A stretch of 48,288 nucleotides of DNA. It comes from Capsulimonadales bacterium (GTDB lineage Bacteria > Armatimonadota > Armatimonadia > Armatimonadales > Armatimonadaceae). The position numbers were made by a program, and so were the translations under genes. Of this stretch, positions 9,095 to 19,588 are shown in pieces (the first letter of the stretch is position 1; each line of letters begins with the position of its first letter). The stretch is from positions 1 to 48,288 of the forward strand of contig JANRLW010000103.1 of the NCBI GenBank assembly GCA_033762295.1. The letters are read 5' to 3'. The notes below the pieces were generated by a model. The model was given only the letters and a program-made list of their open reading frames with translations, had not been told where the DNA came from and did no database searches.

Positions 9095-11755
9095 ATGGCA
9101 CGAAACATTATGAGATTTTCGCACGCCGCCTGTACCATCGTCTCGAAGAACTATATTGCCAGTGCGCGAACCCTTGCCGAATCGCTGCGGCGGCAGATTC
9201 CCGAACTTCCCCTGTATGTGCTTCTCGTCGACGAACTTGACGACACGATCGACCCGCAGCACGAACCGTTCACTTTGATGGCGGTCCGTGACCTCCCGTT
9301 ACCGCACCGGGAACCGTTTCTGTTCAAATATGATATCCTCGAATTGAACACCGCCGTCAAACCGTACTACTTCGCCTATCTGGCGGAAACGTACGGATTA
9401 ACCAAACTCCTCTATTTCGATCCGGATATCTACGTTTTCAGCCCCCTCCCCGATATCTGGGAGGCGCTGAACGGCGCATCGATCGTGCTGACCCCCCATG
9501 TGGAAGAGCCGGTCACGGATGAGCGAAAACCGAACGAGATCGATTTTCTCCGGGTCGGCGTCTACAACCTCGGGTTCCTGGGTATGGCCCTCGACCATCC
9601 GCGAACGCCGGAACTGCTCGCCTGGTGGCAGAAGCGACTCTACGACGGGTGTCGGGTCGATCTGGAAAACGGTTACTTTACCGATCAGAAATGGATGGAC
9701 CTGACCCCCGCTCTTTTCGAGGATGTTCGCATTCTACGAAAGCCGCAATATAATGTCGCCTACTGGAACCTGGCCTTCCGGCAGAAACAGGTCGTATGGA
9801 CGGTGGCACCGGACGGTTCGCCCGACTGTCGCATCGATGGCGAACCGCTGGGCTTCTTTCATTACAGCGGTTATGATCCCGGCAAACCGGACGCCGTTTC
9901 CAAACATCAGGACCGCTTCGCCTCGGTCCGGGACGTTGAACCCGTACGCCCCCTTTTTGAATTTTATGCCGAACGTTTGCTGGCCAACGGGTTCACGGAG
10001 ACGCGCAAACTTCCATATGCTTTCGGACGATTCGCCAACGGAACGCGCATACCGGCCTTGACGAGGCGTTTGTACCGCCAGATGCCTCGTTACGAAACCC
10101 GGTTTCCGGAACCGTTCGCCGCAGGCGACGGGTCTTTTTTCGCTTTCCTTAATGAGCGGTTTCGTGATGCCTCTGCCCACACGCGATCCGAAAACGGCCT
10201 GTCCCGGCTCTGGTGGTATATCTGGCAGGCGCATCCGGCCCTTCAGGCCTCGTTTCCCGATCCGGCCGGACGGGATCGCGCCGCCTATTATGCCTGGATT
10301 CATGGGGATGGGCGAACGGTTCTAAGCGATATCACCGATTCCCTCCTGCCCCCGGTGCCTTCAGGGACCGGGGATTCCGGCGGAACCGACAGCGCTCTTT
10401 CCGCCTCGCCCCTTCTGACACCGAACCCCGACGCTCTGGCGAAACCGCGCGTCCCACCGACCATCCGAAAAGCGATCGGCGCACCGCTAAAGGCGCTGCT
10501 GGGCTCCCGAAATCGTGAACTCCTCGAAAAGATGTACTACTGGGCGCTCGGCCCCGAAGTCACTCGTATCCTCTGGTCCCGACCGTCCGGATTGCCCGCC
10601 AACCTTCCTTCCCTGCCCGAATCCCTGGAAACGGTCGGCCAGAACCTTCCCTACGGCATCAATATCACAGGCTATCTGACCGGGGAGTTCGGCATCGGGG
10701 AGGCGGCCCGCTCGCTCGTCAAGGCGATGCAAACCGCAGAAATCCCCGTCGCCCTGTCGAATCTGGTGGCCGAGAACCAGAGCAGCCGGGATACGACTTT
10801 TCAGGAGTTCGGCGAGGAACGACCGTATGGCGTCAATGTGATCGCCACTAACGCCGACATGGTCGGAGCGACGCTCCGGGAGAAAGGCAGCGACTGGCTC
10901 AAAGGTCGGTACAACATCGGCTTCTGGTTCTGGGAACTGTCCGAGTTTCCGGAGACCTACTGGCCGATGTTCGCGCCCTTTCAGGAGATCTGGGTGACCA
11001 GTTCTTTCTGTGCCGATGCGATCGCACGCGTTGCCCCGATCCCCGTCGTAAAGATCACCTACCCGGTCGCCTTCGATACGACGCACATCCGGGAAAACCG
11101 GGCGCGCTGGGAACTGCCCGACGACGCTTTTACCTTTCTCTTCCTGTTTGATTATCACTCCTTTATGGAACGGAAAAACCCCGTGGCGGCGATTGAAGCG
11201 TTCCGGCTGGCATTCGATTCCGTTTCCGAACGATCGAATGCTCTTCTGCTCCTCAAAACCATGAACGGCGACCGTTACCCGGAGCTGGCAAGCCGCCTTC
11301 GGGAACGCGCAAAGGGGCTGAATATACGGTTCCTCGACCAAAAACTGACCCGGCAGGATACCTATGAACTGATCGCCTCCTGCGATGCGCTGGTTTCGCT
11401 TCACCGCGCCGAGGGGTTGGGCCTGACCATCGCGGAAGCCATGTATCTGGGGAAACCGGTCATCGCTACCGCCTACAGCGGCAATATGGACTTCATGGAC
11501 CTGAACAACAGTCTGCCGGTGCGATTCCGTCTGGTGGAGATTGAGGAGGACTGCGGTCCGTATCGGAAAGGCAACCAATGGGCCGAAGCGGACGTCGCGG
11601 ACGCCGCCGGGAAAATGCGCCAGTTGTACGAGGATCGGGACGCCGCCCGCCGCCTCGGGGCGTTCGCCGCGGAGGATATTCGCCAGCGCCACAGCCTCGA
11701 CACCGCCGGGCGGCAGATTCGCCGCCGACTGGATCGTATTCGATCGGAACGATGA
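9095..11755 (+). CDS. Multidomain glycosyltransferase (N-terminal GT-A-like domain plus C-terminal GT4 domain)
   Basis: N-terminal CTIVSKNY...ELNTAVKP...LYFDPDI...GVYNLGF...DQKW; C-terminal GIGEAAR, NIGFWFWEL, ERKNP, SLHRAEGLGLTIAEAMYLGKPVIATAYSGNMDF. Confidence 0.88.
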   Translation: MARNIMRFSHAACTIVSKNYIASARTLAESLRRQIPELPLYVLLVDELDDTIDPQHEPFTLMAVRDLPLPHREPFLFKYDILELNTAVKPYYFAYLAETYGLTKLLYFDPDIYVFSPLPDIWEALNGASIVLTPHVEEPVTDERKPNEIDFLRVGVYNLGFLGMALDHPRTPELLAWWQKRLYDGCRVDLENGYFTDQKWMDLTPALFEDVRILRKPQYNVAYWNLAFRQKQVVWTVAPDGSPDCRIDGEPLGFFHYSGYDPGKPDAVSKHQDRFASVRDVEPVRPLFEFYAERLLANGFTETRKLPYAFGRFANGTRIPALTRRLYRQMPRYETRFPEPFAAGDGSFFAFLNERFRDASAHTRSENGLSRLWWYIWQAHPALQASFPDPAGRDRAAYYAWIHGDGRTVLSDITDSLLPPVPSGTGDSGGTDSALSASPLLTPNPDALAKPRVPPTIRKAIGAPLKALLGSRNRELLEKMYYWALGPEVTRILWSRPSGLPANLPSLPESLETVGQNLPYGINITGYLTGEFGIGEAARSLVKAMQTAEIPVALSNLVAENQSSRDTTFQEFGEERPYGVNVIATNADMVGATLREKGSDWLKGRYNIGFWFWELSEFPETYWPMFAPFQEIWVTSSFCADAIARVAPIPVVKITYPVAFDTTHIRENRARWELPDDAFTFLFLFDYHSFMERKNPVAAIEAFRLAFDSVSERSNALLLLKTMNGDRYPELASRLRERAKGLNIRFLDQKLTRQDTYELIASCDALVSLHRAEGLGLTIAEAMYLGKPVIATAYSGNMDFMDLNNSLPVRFRLVEIEEDCGPYRKGNQWAEADVADAAGKMRQLYEDRDAARRLGAFAAEDIRQRHSLDTAGRQIRRRLDRIRSER

Positions 11756-13071
11756 AAATCGCGATCGTCCACAATACCGCGCCCGGAGGATCGAAACGCG
11801 CCCTTTTCGAGCACGTACGAGGACTTGCGACCCGCGGACATCGGATCGATGCCTATCTTCCGGTCGAAGCCGAGGAGCGCTACCTCCCGATCCGTGAATA
11901 CTGCCATTCGTACCGCGAGTATGGCGACGCGCCTGCCTCGGTCGGTGGGTCCCCCCTCACCAATGGGGAAAGCGGTCTGCGTCGCCGGTTGCGCCGCCTT
12001 CTCGGCCCCGATGTGAACGACCTTTTGCGCGACTACTTCTGGGTTCGCCGACAGCGGAGCCGGGCGCAGGCGCTGGCCGAAAGATACCGTCAAATCGCTG
12101 ACGATATCGACCGCAGTGACGCCGACCTCGCCTATATCCATCAGTGCAACCTTCGCCTGGTCCCGGACGTCGTTCGCTTTCTGAAGCGGGTGCCCTCGGT
12201 GGTCTACATCAACGACACCCTGAGGCGCGCCCACGAATGGGTAGCCGAAACCGCAACGGACTACGACGCCCTTACCGAGACACGTTTTCGGCGGAAACGG
12301 CGCGGCCGGATCGCTACCCCGATCTTTCACGCCTGGCCGGAGGAGGAGGATCGCGCCGCCGCCGACAATCTGCGCCGCGCCGGAACCGTCCTGGTCAACT
12401 CCTATTATTCCCGCGAAGCGTTTCTGCGCACCACCGGGGTTTCGGCTCGCGTCCTCTATCTCGGAACGGACACCGAGTTCTTCCGTCCGATACCGGACGC
12501 GCCTCGTGCGCGGGAAGTACTGTCCGTGGGCGCTTTGCGTCCGGAAAAGCGCCATGAGTTCGTGGTGGACGCCCTTGCGACGATCCCGTCCGAATCCCGT
12601 CCCTCGTTTCGCATTCTCGGATACGGACTGTCGGACGGGAAGGGCGGATGGACCGTCAATTCCCAGCGCCTCCGCCAGCGCGCGGACAGCGCAGGCGTTC
12701 ACCTGATCATCGAGGAGGAGGTCAGCGACGACCGCCTGCGAGATGCCTACCGCAACGCTTCCGTCTTCGCCTTCGCGCCCTATCTCGAACCGTTCGGACT
12801 GGTGGTTCTTGAAGCGATGGCGTCGGGTCTGCCGGTGGTCGCCCTGAGGGAAGCGGGACCCCGGGAAACGATCCGCGACGGCGAAACCGGCTTTTTGACG
12901 GATGCCCGGCCGGAAGTCTTTGGCCGTGCCCTCCTGCATCTGCTCGACGATGGAGAACGGGCCGCAGCGATGCGGCAGGCGGCCCGTCAGGACATGATCG
13001 ACCGTTGGACCTGGAACCGATCGGTCGGCGAACTGGAGGAAGTCCTGACCGGCGCACTCGGTTCCCGCTGA
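11752..13071 (+). CDS. Glycosyltransferase family 4
   Basis: ATG 11752 overlaps the upstream stop (ATGA). VGALRPEKRH, EPFGLVVLEAMASGLPVVA, GETGFL. Confidence 0.9.
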   Translation: MKIAIVHNTAPGGSKRALFEHVRGLATRGHRIDAYLPVEAEERYLPIREYCHSYREYGDAPASVGGSPLTNGESGLRRRLRRLLGPDVNDLLRDYFWVRRQRSRAQALAERYRQIADDIDRSDADLAYIHQCNLRLVPDVVRFLKRVPSVVYINDTLRRAHEWVAETATDYDALTETRFRRKRRGRIATPIFHAWPEEEDRAAADNLRRAGTVLVNSYYSREAFLRTTGVSARVLYLGTDTEFFRPIPDAPRAREVLSVGALRPEKRHEFVVDALATIPSESRPSFRILGYGLSDGKGGWTVNSQRLRQRADSAGVHLIIEEEVSDDRLRDAYRNASVFAFAPYLEPFGLVVLEAMASGLPVVALREAGPRETIRDGETGFLTDARPEVFGRALLHLLDDGERAAAMRQAARQDMIDRWTWNRSVGELEEVLTGALGSR

Positions 13072-13101
13072 CCGCCGAACCCTGCGGGGTATACTGCCCC
13101 T

Positions 13102-14397
13102 ATGTCAGATCCCATCCATTTCGGCTTTTCCGCCGAAGAGGCGGCCCGGATCAACGAGGAAACCGCCCGAAAATACCAGCAATATGTCAGTCCGGCAGTT
13201 CTGGGACTGCTGCGCCTCGGAGGCTACGACGCCGTCGAATGGCAGGGCGTCGGTTCGACCATGTACGATGTTTCGGGCAACGCCTACATCGATTGCGTCG
13301 GCGGTTTCGGTGTCTTCGCTCTGGGCCATACGCATCCCGAGGTGCTCGAAGCCACGATCGAACAGATGCGCCGCCTGCCGTTGTCGTCCAAATCGTTCCT
13401 GAACAAACCGCTTGCCGACCTCGCCGAACGCCTTGCGCAGATCACTCCGGGTGACCTGCAGTATTCCTTTTTCTCCAATAGCGGGGCGGAAGCCGTGGAG
13501 GCCGCCTTGAAGTTCGCGCGGATCGCTACCGGGCGTACCCGCATCGTTTCCACGGTCGGCTCCTACCACGGAAAGACCTTCGGAGCGTTGTCCGCCTCCG
13601 GTCGAGAAACCTACCGGGTCCCCTTCGCGCCGCTGCTCCCCGATATCGTTCACGTTCCCTACGGAGAAATCGGAGCGCTGGAGGAAGCCGTCACCGAAGA
13701 AACGGCGGGCGTCCTCCTGGAACCGATCCAGGGGGAAAACGGCATTCGCATCCCGCCGGACGATTACCTCCCCGCCGCCCGCCGGATCTGCGACCGGCGA
13801 CGGGCGCTTTTGATTCTCGATGAGGTTCAGACCGGCCTGGGACGTACCGGGCGAATGTTCGCCTGCGAACACGCCGACGTCGCGCCGGATATTCTGACCC
13901 TGGCAAAGGCGCTCGGAGGCGGAGTCGTTCCGATCGGCGCGACCGTCGCGACCGCCGCAATCTGGGAGAAAGTCTTCGCCGAAAATCCGTTCCTTCACTC
14001 GTCGACGTTCGGGGGGAACGAAATGGCCTGTACTGCGGCCCTGGCAACCCTGAGGATTCTGGAACGGGACGGACTGGCCGCCGCCGCCGTCCGAAAAGGC
14101 GAGCGTCTTTTGGAGGGGCTCCGCCAAACGGTGAAGGAGTTTCCCGATCTGCTGGTCGAGGCCCGGGGACGCGGCCTGATGATCGGCGTGGAGTTCACGG
14201 ATACCGACATCGGAAAGCTGGCGATCGGAGCCCTGGTCAAACAGGGAGTCATCGCCGTCTACACCCTGAACAACCCGAAGGTCACCCGGTTCGAACCGCC
14301 GCTCATCATTACCGACGAGGAGATCGATCGGGTAGTGGTCGCGTTCCGGGCTGCGATCGCGGAAACGCAAGCCCTGCTTCGCGATCTCCTGGGTTAG
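13102..14397 (+). CDS. patA: Class III PLP aminotransferase, putrescine aminotransferase-like
   Basis: YIDCVGGFG, PGDLQYSFFSNSGAEAVEAALK, YHGKTFGALSA, EPIQGENG, DEVQTGLGRTG, LAKALGGG, HSSTFGGN, YTLNNPKVTRFEPPL. Confidence 0.8.
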   Translation: MSDPIHFGFSAEEAARINEETARKYQQYVSPAVLGLLRLGGYDAVEWQGVGSTMYDVSGNAYIDCVGGFGVFALGHTHPEVLEATIEQMRRLPLSSKSFLNKPLADLAERLAQITPGDLQYSFFSNSGAEAVEAALKFARIATGRTRIVSTVGSYHGKTFGALSASGRETYRVPFAPLLPDIVHVPYGEIGALEEAVTEETAGVLLEPIQGENGIRIPPDDYLPAARRICDRRRALLILDEVQTGLGRTGRMFACEHADVAPDILTLAKALGGGVVPIGATVATAAIWEKVFAENPFLHSSTFGGNEMACTAALATLRILERDGLAAAAVRKGERLLEGLRQTVKEFPDLLVEARGRGLMIGVEFTDTDIGKLAIGALVKQGVIAVYTLNNPKVTRFEPPLIITDEEIDRVVVAFRAAIAETQALLRDLLG

Positions 14398-14438
14398 GAA
14401 CCACAGGGGCCACTCGATGACGGTGGCCCTGAGCTTCC

Positions 14439-14753
14439 CTAACGGAAACGCCTCAGGGGCACGTCGATCTGTTCGCCAACGGCGGGCTTGAACCGCGCCG
14501 TTCGAAAATGAAGGTCCTGTAGGTGTACCCGCCCGATCTCCGGTTCGAATCCCAGAGCCTCCTGCGCGGCATACGCATAATCCGATGCGTCGTCCAGTGC
14601 CTCGAAAAGGAAGACGTAGTCCTCATTGGTGCCCGGTTCTCGGTGGACGACCAGTTCCTCGCCGCGGGTGCCCGGCACCTTCAGGCACAGGGCGCTCGTC
14701 GGAACGGCGGTCGGTTGGTGGTTAAAATCGCGCTCGTCGTAACGTTTTGGCAT
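14439..14753 (-). CDS. Hypothetical protein (104 aa)
   Basis: ORF fills the gap and has protein-like composition. A hairpin at about 14405-14431 separates it from the convergent patA. Confidence 0.65.
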   Translation of the reverse strand: MPKRYDERDFNHQPTAVPTSALCLKVPGTRGEELVVHREPGTNEDYVFLFEALDDASDYAYAAQEALGFEPEIGRVHLQDLHFRTARFKPAVGEQIDVPLRRFR

Positions 14754-14876
14754 ATCCTGTACTCACAAAGAATCCCTTGATTCGACTACCATCAACTGCA
14801 ACTCTTGTGCCGCAATGCCATTCGGCAATGCGATTCGGCACCACTTTCACCGTTCCTTCGGCAGGCGATTCGACGG

Positions 14877-15491
14877 TCAAAACTCACTGGCGATCGGCGC
14901 CAGTCGATACCGCTGGCCCATCGGTCCCGCATCGGCCACCCGCCCTTCGTAGAACCGCGCCCGCCGACGCTCCTCAACCACCGCATCGGTGTACGCCGTC
15001 CACTGGCGCAGTTCCTGGATGGCTCTCCATTCCATCTCCTCTGCCGACGGCCCGACCGTCGCCGCCAGATTCACCGGTGAAACCGTCGGGGCGAATGTCG
15101 GTGTCCGGTACGAGGATAACGGCACGTAGGTATAGGAATACCCCATTCCGCCTCCACCGACGGGCCACGAGGACGCCACCAGAGTCGGTGCCGAACCGAA
15201 GTCCCCGGTACGGGAACGTACGATCCCTCCGCCCGTACCCGACTGGGTCAGAGTGATGACTCCCAGCAGCACCAGGCCGACCAGCAGACCGGCGGCGCCG
15301 GCGTAGCGTGCCGTGGCGGACATCCACCAGGGATCACAATCGGGGCAGCGACCATCCGGGTTGCGCCGGCGGCCGCAGTTGGGACACCAGGAGGCGGTGC
15401 GGTCGACGGAAAAGTTGTACGTGCTGGTCGTCCGAACCGTCGTATCCGATGCCGTGTTTCCGGACCAACCCTCAAAATTACCGGTAGCCAT
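14877..15491 (-). CDS. Hypothetical zinc-ribbon membrane protein
   Basis: CPNCG...CPDCD followed by a transmembrane helix (AAGLLVGLVLLGVITL). Upstream TTGACA-N17-TAAACT on the minus strand. Confidence 0.65.
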   Translation of the reverse strand: MATGNFEGWSGNTASDTTVRTTSTYNFSVDRTASWCPNCGRRRNPDGRCPDCDPWWMSATARYAGAAGLLVGLVLLGVITLTQSGTGGGIVRSRTGDFGSAPTLVASSWPVGGGGMGYSYTYVPLSSYRTPTFAPTVSPVNLAATVGPSAEEMEWRAIQELRQWTAYTDAVVEERRRARFYEGRVADAGPMGQRYRLAPIASEF

Positions 15492-15613
15492 CAATAGTTT
15501 GCCCCTTGCCGAGATTAGTTTAATTCAACGAAATCGTTTTGTCAACGGAACGCCCGGGCGACATGCGTCAATCGATTTGCGGAAACCTTTTTCCGATTCT
15601 ATAATCCCGAGCA

Positions 15614-16834
15614 ATGGCCTCCTCAAAGCCGCATCCCGGCGACCCGACCGAACCGATGCCATCGCCCGCGGCGACCGATCTGACGGCGGATCTCCGGGTC
15701 CTTAATGGTGAGATCGTTCCGCCCGCAAAACGGTTCCTCTTTGTCCGAAATCTTTTAACCTGGTATGAGGCGAACCGCCGTCCCCTGCCGTGGCGGCGTA
15801 CCCGTGACCCGTACGCCATTTGGATCTCCGAGATGATGCTTCAGCAAACCCAGGTCGCTACCGTTATTCCATACTGGGAACGGTGGATGGAACGGTTCCC
15901 GACCGTCACCGCGCTGGCTGACGCCCCCACCGACGATGTTCTGAAACACTGGCAGGGACTCGGGTATTATGCGCGCGCCCGCAACCTCCACCGCGCCGCA
16001 CAGATGATTCGCGACCGGTTCGCCGGACGCTTCCCCGAGAACATGGACGACATTCTTTCCCTTCCCGGAATCGGCCGGTATACCGCCGGCGCAATCTCGT
16101 CGATCGCCTTCGGTCACGAAACTCCGATCGTCGATGCCAACGTGATCCGCGTTCTGTCCCGCGTCTTCGGGATTCGAGGCGATCCGAAATCGGCGGATGT
16201 ACAGACTCAGTTATGGTCCCTGGCTGAAACCTTGATTCCGCAAGGACAGGCGTCGTCCTTCAACCAGGGAATGATGGAACTCGGAGCCCTCGTTTGTCGA
16301 AGCCGACCGGCCTGTTCACAATGCCCGGTGCGCACGGAGTGCTCCGCCTTCGCATCCGGCGATCCGACGTCTTTTCCCGCACCGCCCGCCAAACGCCTGT
16401 TCACAAGCCAAACGGATGTTTCCGCCCTCGTTTCCGATCCCGCGAACGCCGACCGGCTTCTGCTGGTTCGCCGTCCGCCGGAAGGACTCTGGGGCGGACT
16501 CTGGGAGTTCCCCCGCGCGACCCGAACGGACGGCGAAACCGTCGGTGACACCGCCATCCGGGCGGTCCGTGAGACGACCGGTCTGCTCGTCGAATCGGAC
16601 GGTCAAATTCTGGCGACCGTCAAGCACGGGGTTACGACCCGCCGAATTACTCTTCTGGCCGCCGAAGCGCGTCTTGTCGGCGACCGACTGCCGCTGCCGA
16701 CAGCGACATTTCATTCCGCGTGGATACCTCGATCCGAAATTGGCCGGTACGCCCTCTCCTCGCCGCAGGCGGAACTGCTGGAAAAACTGGTTGCGCCCAA
16801 ACCCCAGGGAACCCTTTTCGACCTGTCCGATTGA
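15614..16834 (+). CDS. mutY: A/G-specific adenine DNA glycosylase
   Basis: LPWRRTRDPYAIWISEMMLQQTQV, WQGLGYYARARNL, LPGIGRYTAGAI, VDANVIRVLSR, Fe-S motif CxxxPxCxxCPxxxxC, GLWGGLWEFP. Confidence 0.96.
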   Translation: MASSKPHPGDPTEPMPSPAATDLTADLRVLNGEIVPPAKRFLFVRNLLTWYEANRRPLPWRRTRDPYAIWISEMMLQQTQVATVIPYWERWMERFPTVTALADAPTDDVLKHWQGLGYYARARNLHRAAQMIRDRFAGRFPENMDDILSLPGIGRYTAGAISSIAFGHETPIVDANVIRVLSRVFGIRGDPKSADVQTQLWSLAETLIPQGQASSFNQGMMELGALVCRSRPACSQCPVRTECSAFASGDPTSFPAPPAKRLFTSQTDVSALVSDPANADRLLLVRRPPEGLWGGLWEFPRATRTDGETVGDTAIRAVRETTGLLVESDGQILATVKHGVTTRRITLLAAEARLVGDRLPLPTATFHSAWIPRSEIGRYALSSPQAELLEKLVAPKPQGTLFDLSD

Positions 16835-16871
16835 AGGAAAATCCGCTCCGTTCGTTGTAACGGTCGTTACG

Positions 16872-17624
16872 ATGTTTTCCTTGAACGGCAAAGTGGCGCT
16901 CATCACCGGGGCGGCGTCGGGGATCGGTGAGTCAATCGCCCGCGCATTCTCCGACGCGGGAGCGTTCGTTTACGTCGCCGACCGGGACCCGCGAGGGCGA
17001 ACGGTCGCCGAAAGCCTTCCCGCGTCCTCCTTTCTCTCGGTCGATGTGGCGCAGGAGGACGAGGTGCGCGCAGCGGCGACACAGGTTGAGGCGGAACACG
17101 GACGCTGCGATATTCTGGTCAACAATGCCGGTATCGGCCATGTGGGCACCGTTCTGACCACGACGGGCGCGGATCTCGACCGGTTGATCGCCGTCAACGT
17201 CAAAGGCGTCCTCCACTGGTCGCAGGCATTTCTCCCCGGTATGATCGAACGACGTCAGGGTTCGATCATCAACCTGGCGTCCATCGGCGGAATCGTCGGC
17301 ATCCGTGACCGCTTCGGCTACTGCGCCACCAAGTTCGCCGTGGTCGGAATGACCCGATGCATGGCGCTCGATCACGCGGACAGCGGAGTGCGGATCAACT
17401 GCATCTGTCCCGGACGAGTGGAGACGCCGTTCGTCGCCGCCCGTCTGGCGGAGTACCCGGACCCCGACCGCGCCCGCGCCGAGATGTCCGCGACCCAGGC
17501 GCTGGGACGCATGGGAACCCCGGACGAAATTGCCGCCGCCGCGCTGTATCTCGCCTCGGACGAGGCCGCCTTCGTCACCGGCAGCGCACTCATTATCGAC
17601 GGCGGCTGGAGCGCCGGAAAATGA
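16872..17624 (+). CDS. SDR family oxidoreductase
   Basis: [35 protein letters not shown]. Confidence 0.92.
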   Translation: MFSLNGKVALITGAASGIGESIARAFSDAGAFVYVADRDPRGRTVAESLPASSFLSVDVAQEDEVRAAATQVEAEHGRCDILVNNAGIGHVGTVLTTTGADLDRLIAVNVKGVLHWSQAFLPGMIERRQGSIINLASIGGIVGIRDRFGYCATKFAVVGMTRCMALDHADSGVRINCICPGRVETPFVAARLAEYPDPDRARAEMSATQALGRMGTPDEIAAAALYLASDEAAFVTGSALIIDGGWSAGK

Positions 17625-18391
17625 ACGTCACCGACCTTTTTCGACTCGATGGGAAGGTAGCCCTCGTCACCGGAGGCAGCAAGGGCCTTGGTTATGAGAT
17701 GGCGCGAGCCCTGGCGGAGGCGGGGGCGGATGTCGCCCTGGTCAGCCGGACCGAACATGAAGTGAGGACCGCGGCACAAAGCATCGCAGCCGCCACGGGA
17801 CGCAAGGTCGTTCCGTTCGTCGCCGATGTCGCCCGGACGGACGCCGTTCGTCTGCTCGCCGACGACCTGGACGGGACGTTCGGACAAGTGGATATCCTGA
17901 TCAATAATGCCGGCGTCAATATCCGCGGCTCCGTCGAGGAGTTAAGCGAGGAGGACTGGGACACCGTCATGGCGGTCAACCTGAAGGCCCCGTTCCTCTG
18001 CGCGAAACACTTCGGACCGCGAATGGCCGCTCGTGGGTGGGGCCGCATTATCAATCTGGGATCGATTCTTTCGGTGATTGGCATTCCCGGACGCGCACCC
18101 TACGCCTCCGCCAAGGCCGGTGTCGCCAACCTGACACGCGTCCTCGCTCTGGAATGGGCGGGCAAAGGGGTCACCGTCAACGCCCTCTGTCCGGGACCGT
18201 TCGCCACGGACATGAATAAGCCTTTGCTGAACGATCCGGCAAAGTATCAGGCATTCGTCGCCAAAATCCCGATGGGACGCTGGGGTGAACTGCACGAAAT
18301 CACCGGTCCCGCCCTGTTCCTGGCCTCGGACGCCTCATCCTTTGTCACCGGGACCATGCTTTTCGTGGATGGCGGGTGGACCGCGCAGTAA
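17621..18391 (+). CDS. SDR family oxidoreductase (gluconate 5-dehydrogenase/KduD-like)
   Basis: ATGA overlap with the previous gene. [51 protein letters not shown]. Confidence 0.9.
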   Translation: MNVTDLFRLDGKVALVTGGSKGLGYEMARALAEAGADVALVSRTEHEVRTAAQSIAAATGRKVVPFVADVARTDAVRLLADDLDGTFGQVDILINNAGVNIRGSVEELSEEDWDTVMAVNLKAPFLCAKHFGPRMAARGWGRIINLGSILSVIGIPGRAPYASAKAGVANLTRVLALEWAGKGVTVNALCPGPFATDMNKPLLNDPAKYQAFVAKIPMGRWGELHEITGPALFLASDASSFVTGTMLFVDGGWTAQ

Positions 18392-18397
18392 CCGAAA

Positions 18398-18600
18398 CTA
18401 CCGATAGGACAACGATTGTGACAACTCCCCCGCCTAAAGTCGGGGGCTTCTTGCAGAACGCTTGGGGCAACCCCCTACGTTAGCCTGCAAAGGCAGTGTC
18501 CCTGCCCTTTTTAGAATGTTTATCGCCGCGTTGTGGTCGCGGTCAAGAGAGAATCCGCAATGCTCACAGGTGTACAGACGAACAGACAAATCAATCGGGA
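18398..18600 (-). ncRNA. Predicted TnpB reRNA/omegaRNA (scaffold over the tnpB 3' end and right end; guide from flank 18417-18398)
   Basis: Inferred from the established TnpB reRNA architecture. Several hairpins overlap the tnpB 3' end. The 5' boundary is approximate. Confidence 0.6.
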
Positions 18601-19588
18601 CGGTTGGCAAACAACCGCAGTGACGGCACGTCTGCGTCGTGTGGGACGGGTTCACAGGGGCTATCGAAACGGCGGCACATTCTGCCTTCTGCCTCAATAT
18701 CTCCAGGAACTGCGACCAACCTGCGTCATGCGTAGATTTGGCAAGGTTCAGAGAACGAACCATGCCTTTGACGTTCAAATCTTCGTGGGCGATAAGCCCG
18801 TAGCGGTCAATAAGCGACTTGGCGACCTTGTGATGAAAGTCCTTCCGCTGGTTGGCAACGTGAGCGTGAACACGGGCGAGACGTTTAACCGCCTTGCGTC
18901 GGTTCTTCCCGCCGCGCTTCTTTCGGGCAACCGACCGTTGACAGCGGCGAAGTTTCGCCTGTGCCTTCCGATACAGTTTCGGTGGTTCAACGGATTCGCC
19001 GTCGCTGGTAACGAGGAACGACTTCAATCCGAGGTCAATACCGATAGGCGGATTCGGCGAAGGCTCCGTCACCTTTTGCTCCACCTCGCAGACAAAAATC
19101 ACATACCAGCCGTCCGCACATCGGCGGAAGGTGGCCGTCTTAATTTCGCCCTCCACGGGTCGATGCAGTTTGACCTTGACTTCGCCGACGTTCTGGAAAT
19201 AGGCTTTGCCTTCCTTCGTCAGTTTGGCTCCGTCGCCGATTGTGAAGTCAACGCTGTCGAACTGACCGTAGCCACGGAACCGAGGGTATCGCGCCTTTTC
19301 TCCCGTTTTCAGTCGGCGGAAGAACGCTTGAAATGCGCGGTCAAGCCGCCTGAGGGTTCTCTGACAGGAGGAGAAGTTGCAAAGAGCCAGATACGGGTTG
19401 ACTTTCCGTTCGACTTTAAGTTTGGCAGATTGCTCCCCGTAGGTCACGGTGCGCTGTTCGGACTCGTAGACACACTTCCGTTCGGCAAGGGCATTGTTGT
19501 ACAGGCGTCGATGCGCTTCAAGAAGGCTTGTCATAGCCTCCTCCTGCTCCCTGTTGGGATATGCGCGATACCGAAACGCCCGTTGCAT
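18434..19588 (-). CDS. tnpB: RNA-guided endonuclease TnpB
   Basis: AFRYRAYPN HTH, YPRFR, RuvC-I IGIDLG, RuvC-II IAHEDL, zinc finger CRHCG...CEHCG, RuvC-III DRDHNAAINI. Confidence 0.95.
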   Translation of the reverse strand: MQRAFRYRAYPNREQEEAMTSLLEAHRRLYNNALAERKCVYESEQRTVTYGEQSAKLKVERKVNPYLALCNFSSCQRTLRRLDRAFQAFFRRLKTGEKARYPRFRGYGQFDSVDFTIGDGAKLTKEGKAYFQNVGEVKVKLHRPVEGEIKTATFRRCADGWYVIFVCEVEQKVTEPSPNPPIGIDLGLKSFLVTSDGESVEPPKLYRKAQAKLRRCQRSVARKKRGGKNRRKAVKRLARVHAHVANQRKDFHHKVAKSLIDRYGLIAHEDLNVKGMVRSLNLAKSTHDAGWSQFLEILRQKAECAAVSIAPVNPSHTTQTCRHCGCLPTVPIDLSVRLYTCEHCGFSLDRDHNAAINILKRAGTLPLQANVGGCPKRSARSPRL

